Source of the DNA: a bacterium
GTDB taxonomy: Bacteria; UBP18; UBA7526
Direction: 5' to 3'
NCBI GenBank assembly: GCA_030616365.1
Contig: JAUWXM010000002.1
Span: 1-45,758 of the forward strand
Length of the DNA: 45,758 bases
Positions 44,728 through 45,758 of this stretch are shown here, piece after piece. Position 1 is the first letter of the stretch. Every line of letters begins with the position of its first letter. The translations under genes and the position numbers were made by a program. The notes under the pieces are model-generated. The model saw nothing but the letters and a program-made list of their open reading frames with translations. It had not been told where the DNA came from and made no database searches.

Positions 44728-45758
44728 ACCACTTTTAATCTTTCTAAGATCGCTTCAAACTCTGGAAAGGAGGTCTTAATACATTCTGTGTCAAAGATGA
44801 TTGTCTCTTCCTTAGCAATCAATCCAGCTATGACTAAAGCCATGGCCATCCGATGATCAGTAAAGCTATCTACCTTTGCTCCCTTCAGCTGGCAAGGTCC
44901 CTGAATGATGAGGCCGTCTTCTCTCTCCTCTACCTCCACTCCCAGCTTAGAAAGGTTAATGCTTAAGGCCCGGATCCTGTCCGTCTCCTTTACTCTCAAC
45001 TCCTGGGCATCCTTTATTATCGTCTCTCCTTTTGCCTTTGTAGCAGCCAGGGCCAGAAGGGGAAGCTCGTCGATGACCCTGGGGATCATCTCTCTACCGA
45101 TGGTTATTCCCTTTAAGCTACTTCCTTTAACTACCATATCTCCTAGGGGTTCATTATTCTCTTCCCTCAAATTCTCAATCTCTATCTCCGCGCCCATGCT
45201 CTTTAAGATATCGATTACTCCCGTTCTTGTGGGATTGAGGCCTACCCCAGAGAGCCTAATATGAGAACCGGGCAGAAGAATAGCGCCTACCACAAAGAAA
45301 GAGGCGCTTGATATATCCCCAGGGATGTTAACCGGCTTAGCAACCAATTCCTTTCCTCCAGTTATACTCACTGTCAGATCCCTGATTTCTATATCTGCTT
45401 CCAGGTACTTAAGCATCCTCTCCGTATGATCCCTCGATTTCGCGGGCTCTGTGATCTCTGTCTTTCCTTGAGCATATAGACCAGCCAAGAGGATGGCCGA
45501 TTTCACCTGGGCGCTGGGGATGGGTGTCTGATAAGAGATGGCTTTTAACCTTCCTCCTTCTATTTTGAGAGGGGCAAATCTCCCTTCTATCTTCGCCCCC
45601 ATTCTTTCTAAGGGCTCGACTATCCGATCCATGGGCCTCTTCCCTAAAGACTCATCTCCTGTGATGGTGGAAGAGAAATTTTGGGCAGCTAGGATGCCCG
45701 AGAGGAGGCGCATAGTAGTGCCCGAATTTCCGCAGTCTATGATATCCCTTGGTTGGGA
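44724..45758 (-). CDS. aroA: 3-phosphoshikimate 1-carboxyvinyltransferase (5' end outside window)
   Basis: The frame is open to the window edge (SQPRDIIDCGNSGTTMRLLSG...). Also LGKRPMDR, DHRMAMA and F.E...L. The stop overlaps the cmk start. Confidence 0.93.
   Translation of the reverse strand, partial: SQPRDIIDCGNSGTTMRLLSGILAAQNFSSTITGDESLGKRPMDRIVEPLERMGAKIEGRFAPLKIEGGRLKAISYQTPIPSAQVKSAILLAGLYAQGKTEITEPAKSRDHTERMLKYLEADIEIRDLTVSITGGKELVAKPVNIPGDISSASFFVVGAILLPGSHIRLSGVGLNPTRTGVIDILKSMGAEIEIENLREENNEPLGDMVVKGSSLKGITIGREMIPRVIDELPLLALAATKAKGETIIKDAQELRVKETDRIRALSINLSKLGVEVEEREDGLIIQGPCQLKGAKVDSFTDHRMAMALVIAGLIAKEETIIFDTECIKTSFPEFEAILERLKVV

Noticed and set aside
139-45264. Numerous 60-130-aa antisense or alternative-frame ORFs nested inside long conserved CDSs, for example 139-330, 502-735, 3189-3557, 19957-20304, 23461-23847, 28078-28344, 40550-40897, 41863-42126 and 44905-45264
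   Set aside because: Each lies entirely within a gene that has strong family motifs. None has an independent RBS or recognisable motif, and none is needed to explain the sequence.

Overview
This is a 45.8-kb window from a bacterial chromosome. Many proteins are K/E-rich, and the source looks like an uncultivated lineage. I cannot assign taxonomy from sequence alone.

Layout:
- 1-2.9 kb (+): shikimate genes aroC (5' truncated), aroK, aroB, aroQ.
- 2.9-24.3 kb (+): a large surface-glycan locus. It holds an O-antigen-ligase/TPR protein, a MarR/GbsR-like regulator, a TIGR04076-like Cys protein, wecB, a B12-radical SAM enzyme, a Wzx flippase, a methyltransferase, a heparinase II/III-like protein, 4 GT4s, a frameshifted GT2, an AsnB-type amidotransferase, a transglutaminase-like lipoprotein, a WecA/MraY-type initiating transferase, an FAD oxidoreductase and an SDR epimerase.
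- 24.3-27.2 kb: pepP and efp (+), convergent with an MFS transporter (-).
- 27.2-31.3 kb (+): promoter, TPP riboswitch and terminator, then ThiD2-like, thiE, thiC and cca joined by ATGA overlaps.
- 31.4-32.4 kb (+): tRNA-Gly(CCC), apt, tRNA-Arg(CCU).
- 32.5-34.7 kb: two small membrane proteins, a small HTH gene, a 42-bp tandem repeat and about 0.7 kb of ORF-free DNA.
- 34.7-45.8 kb (-): sugar-1-P nucleotidyltransferase, sppA, CaCA antiporter, class II aldolase, ndk, THEP1-like NTPase, PiT (with an in-frame stop), DUF47/PhoU-like, rpsA, ispH, a cmk-plsC fusion, and aroA (5' end outside the window).

No CRISPR array, rRNA, transposase or recognisable defence system was seen.

Most unusual observations:
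1. A 156-nt GC-rich multi-hairpin element sits in frame inside the nucleotidyltransferase gene.
2. A family of small GC-rich hairpin modules recurs at unrelated loci, including inside the variable arms of the TPP riboswitch.
3. Locus-specific 7-8-nt tandem arrays are pervasive. They fill intergenic spacers and also sit in frame in loops of several CDSs.
4. Two genes are disrupted: the GT2 at an A7 run and PiT by a TAA codon.
5. The glycan locus contains a B12-radical SAM / TIGR04076-like pair.

All family assignments come from motif recognition by eye. No database search or folding program was run.
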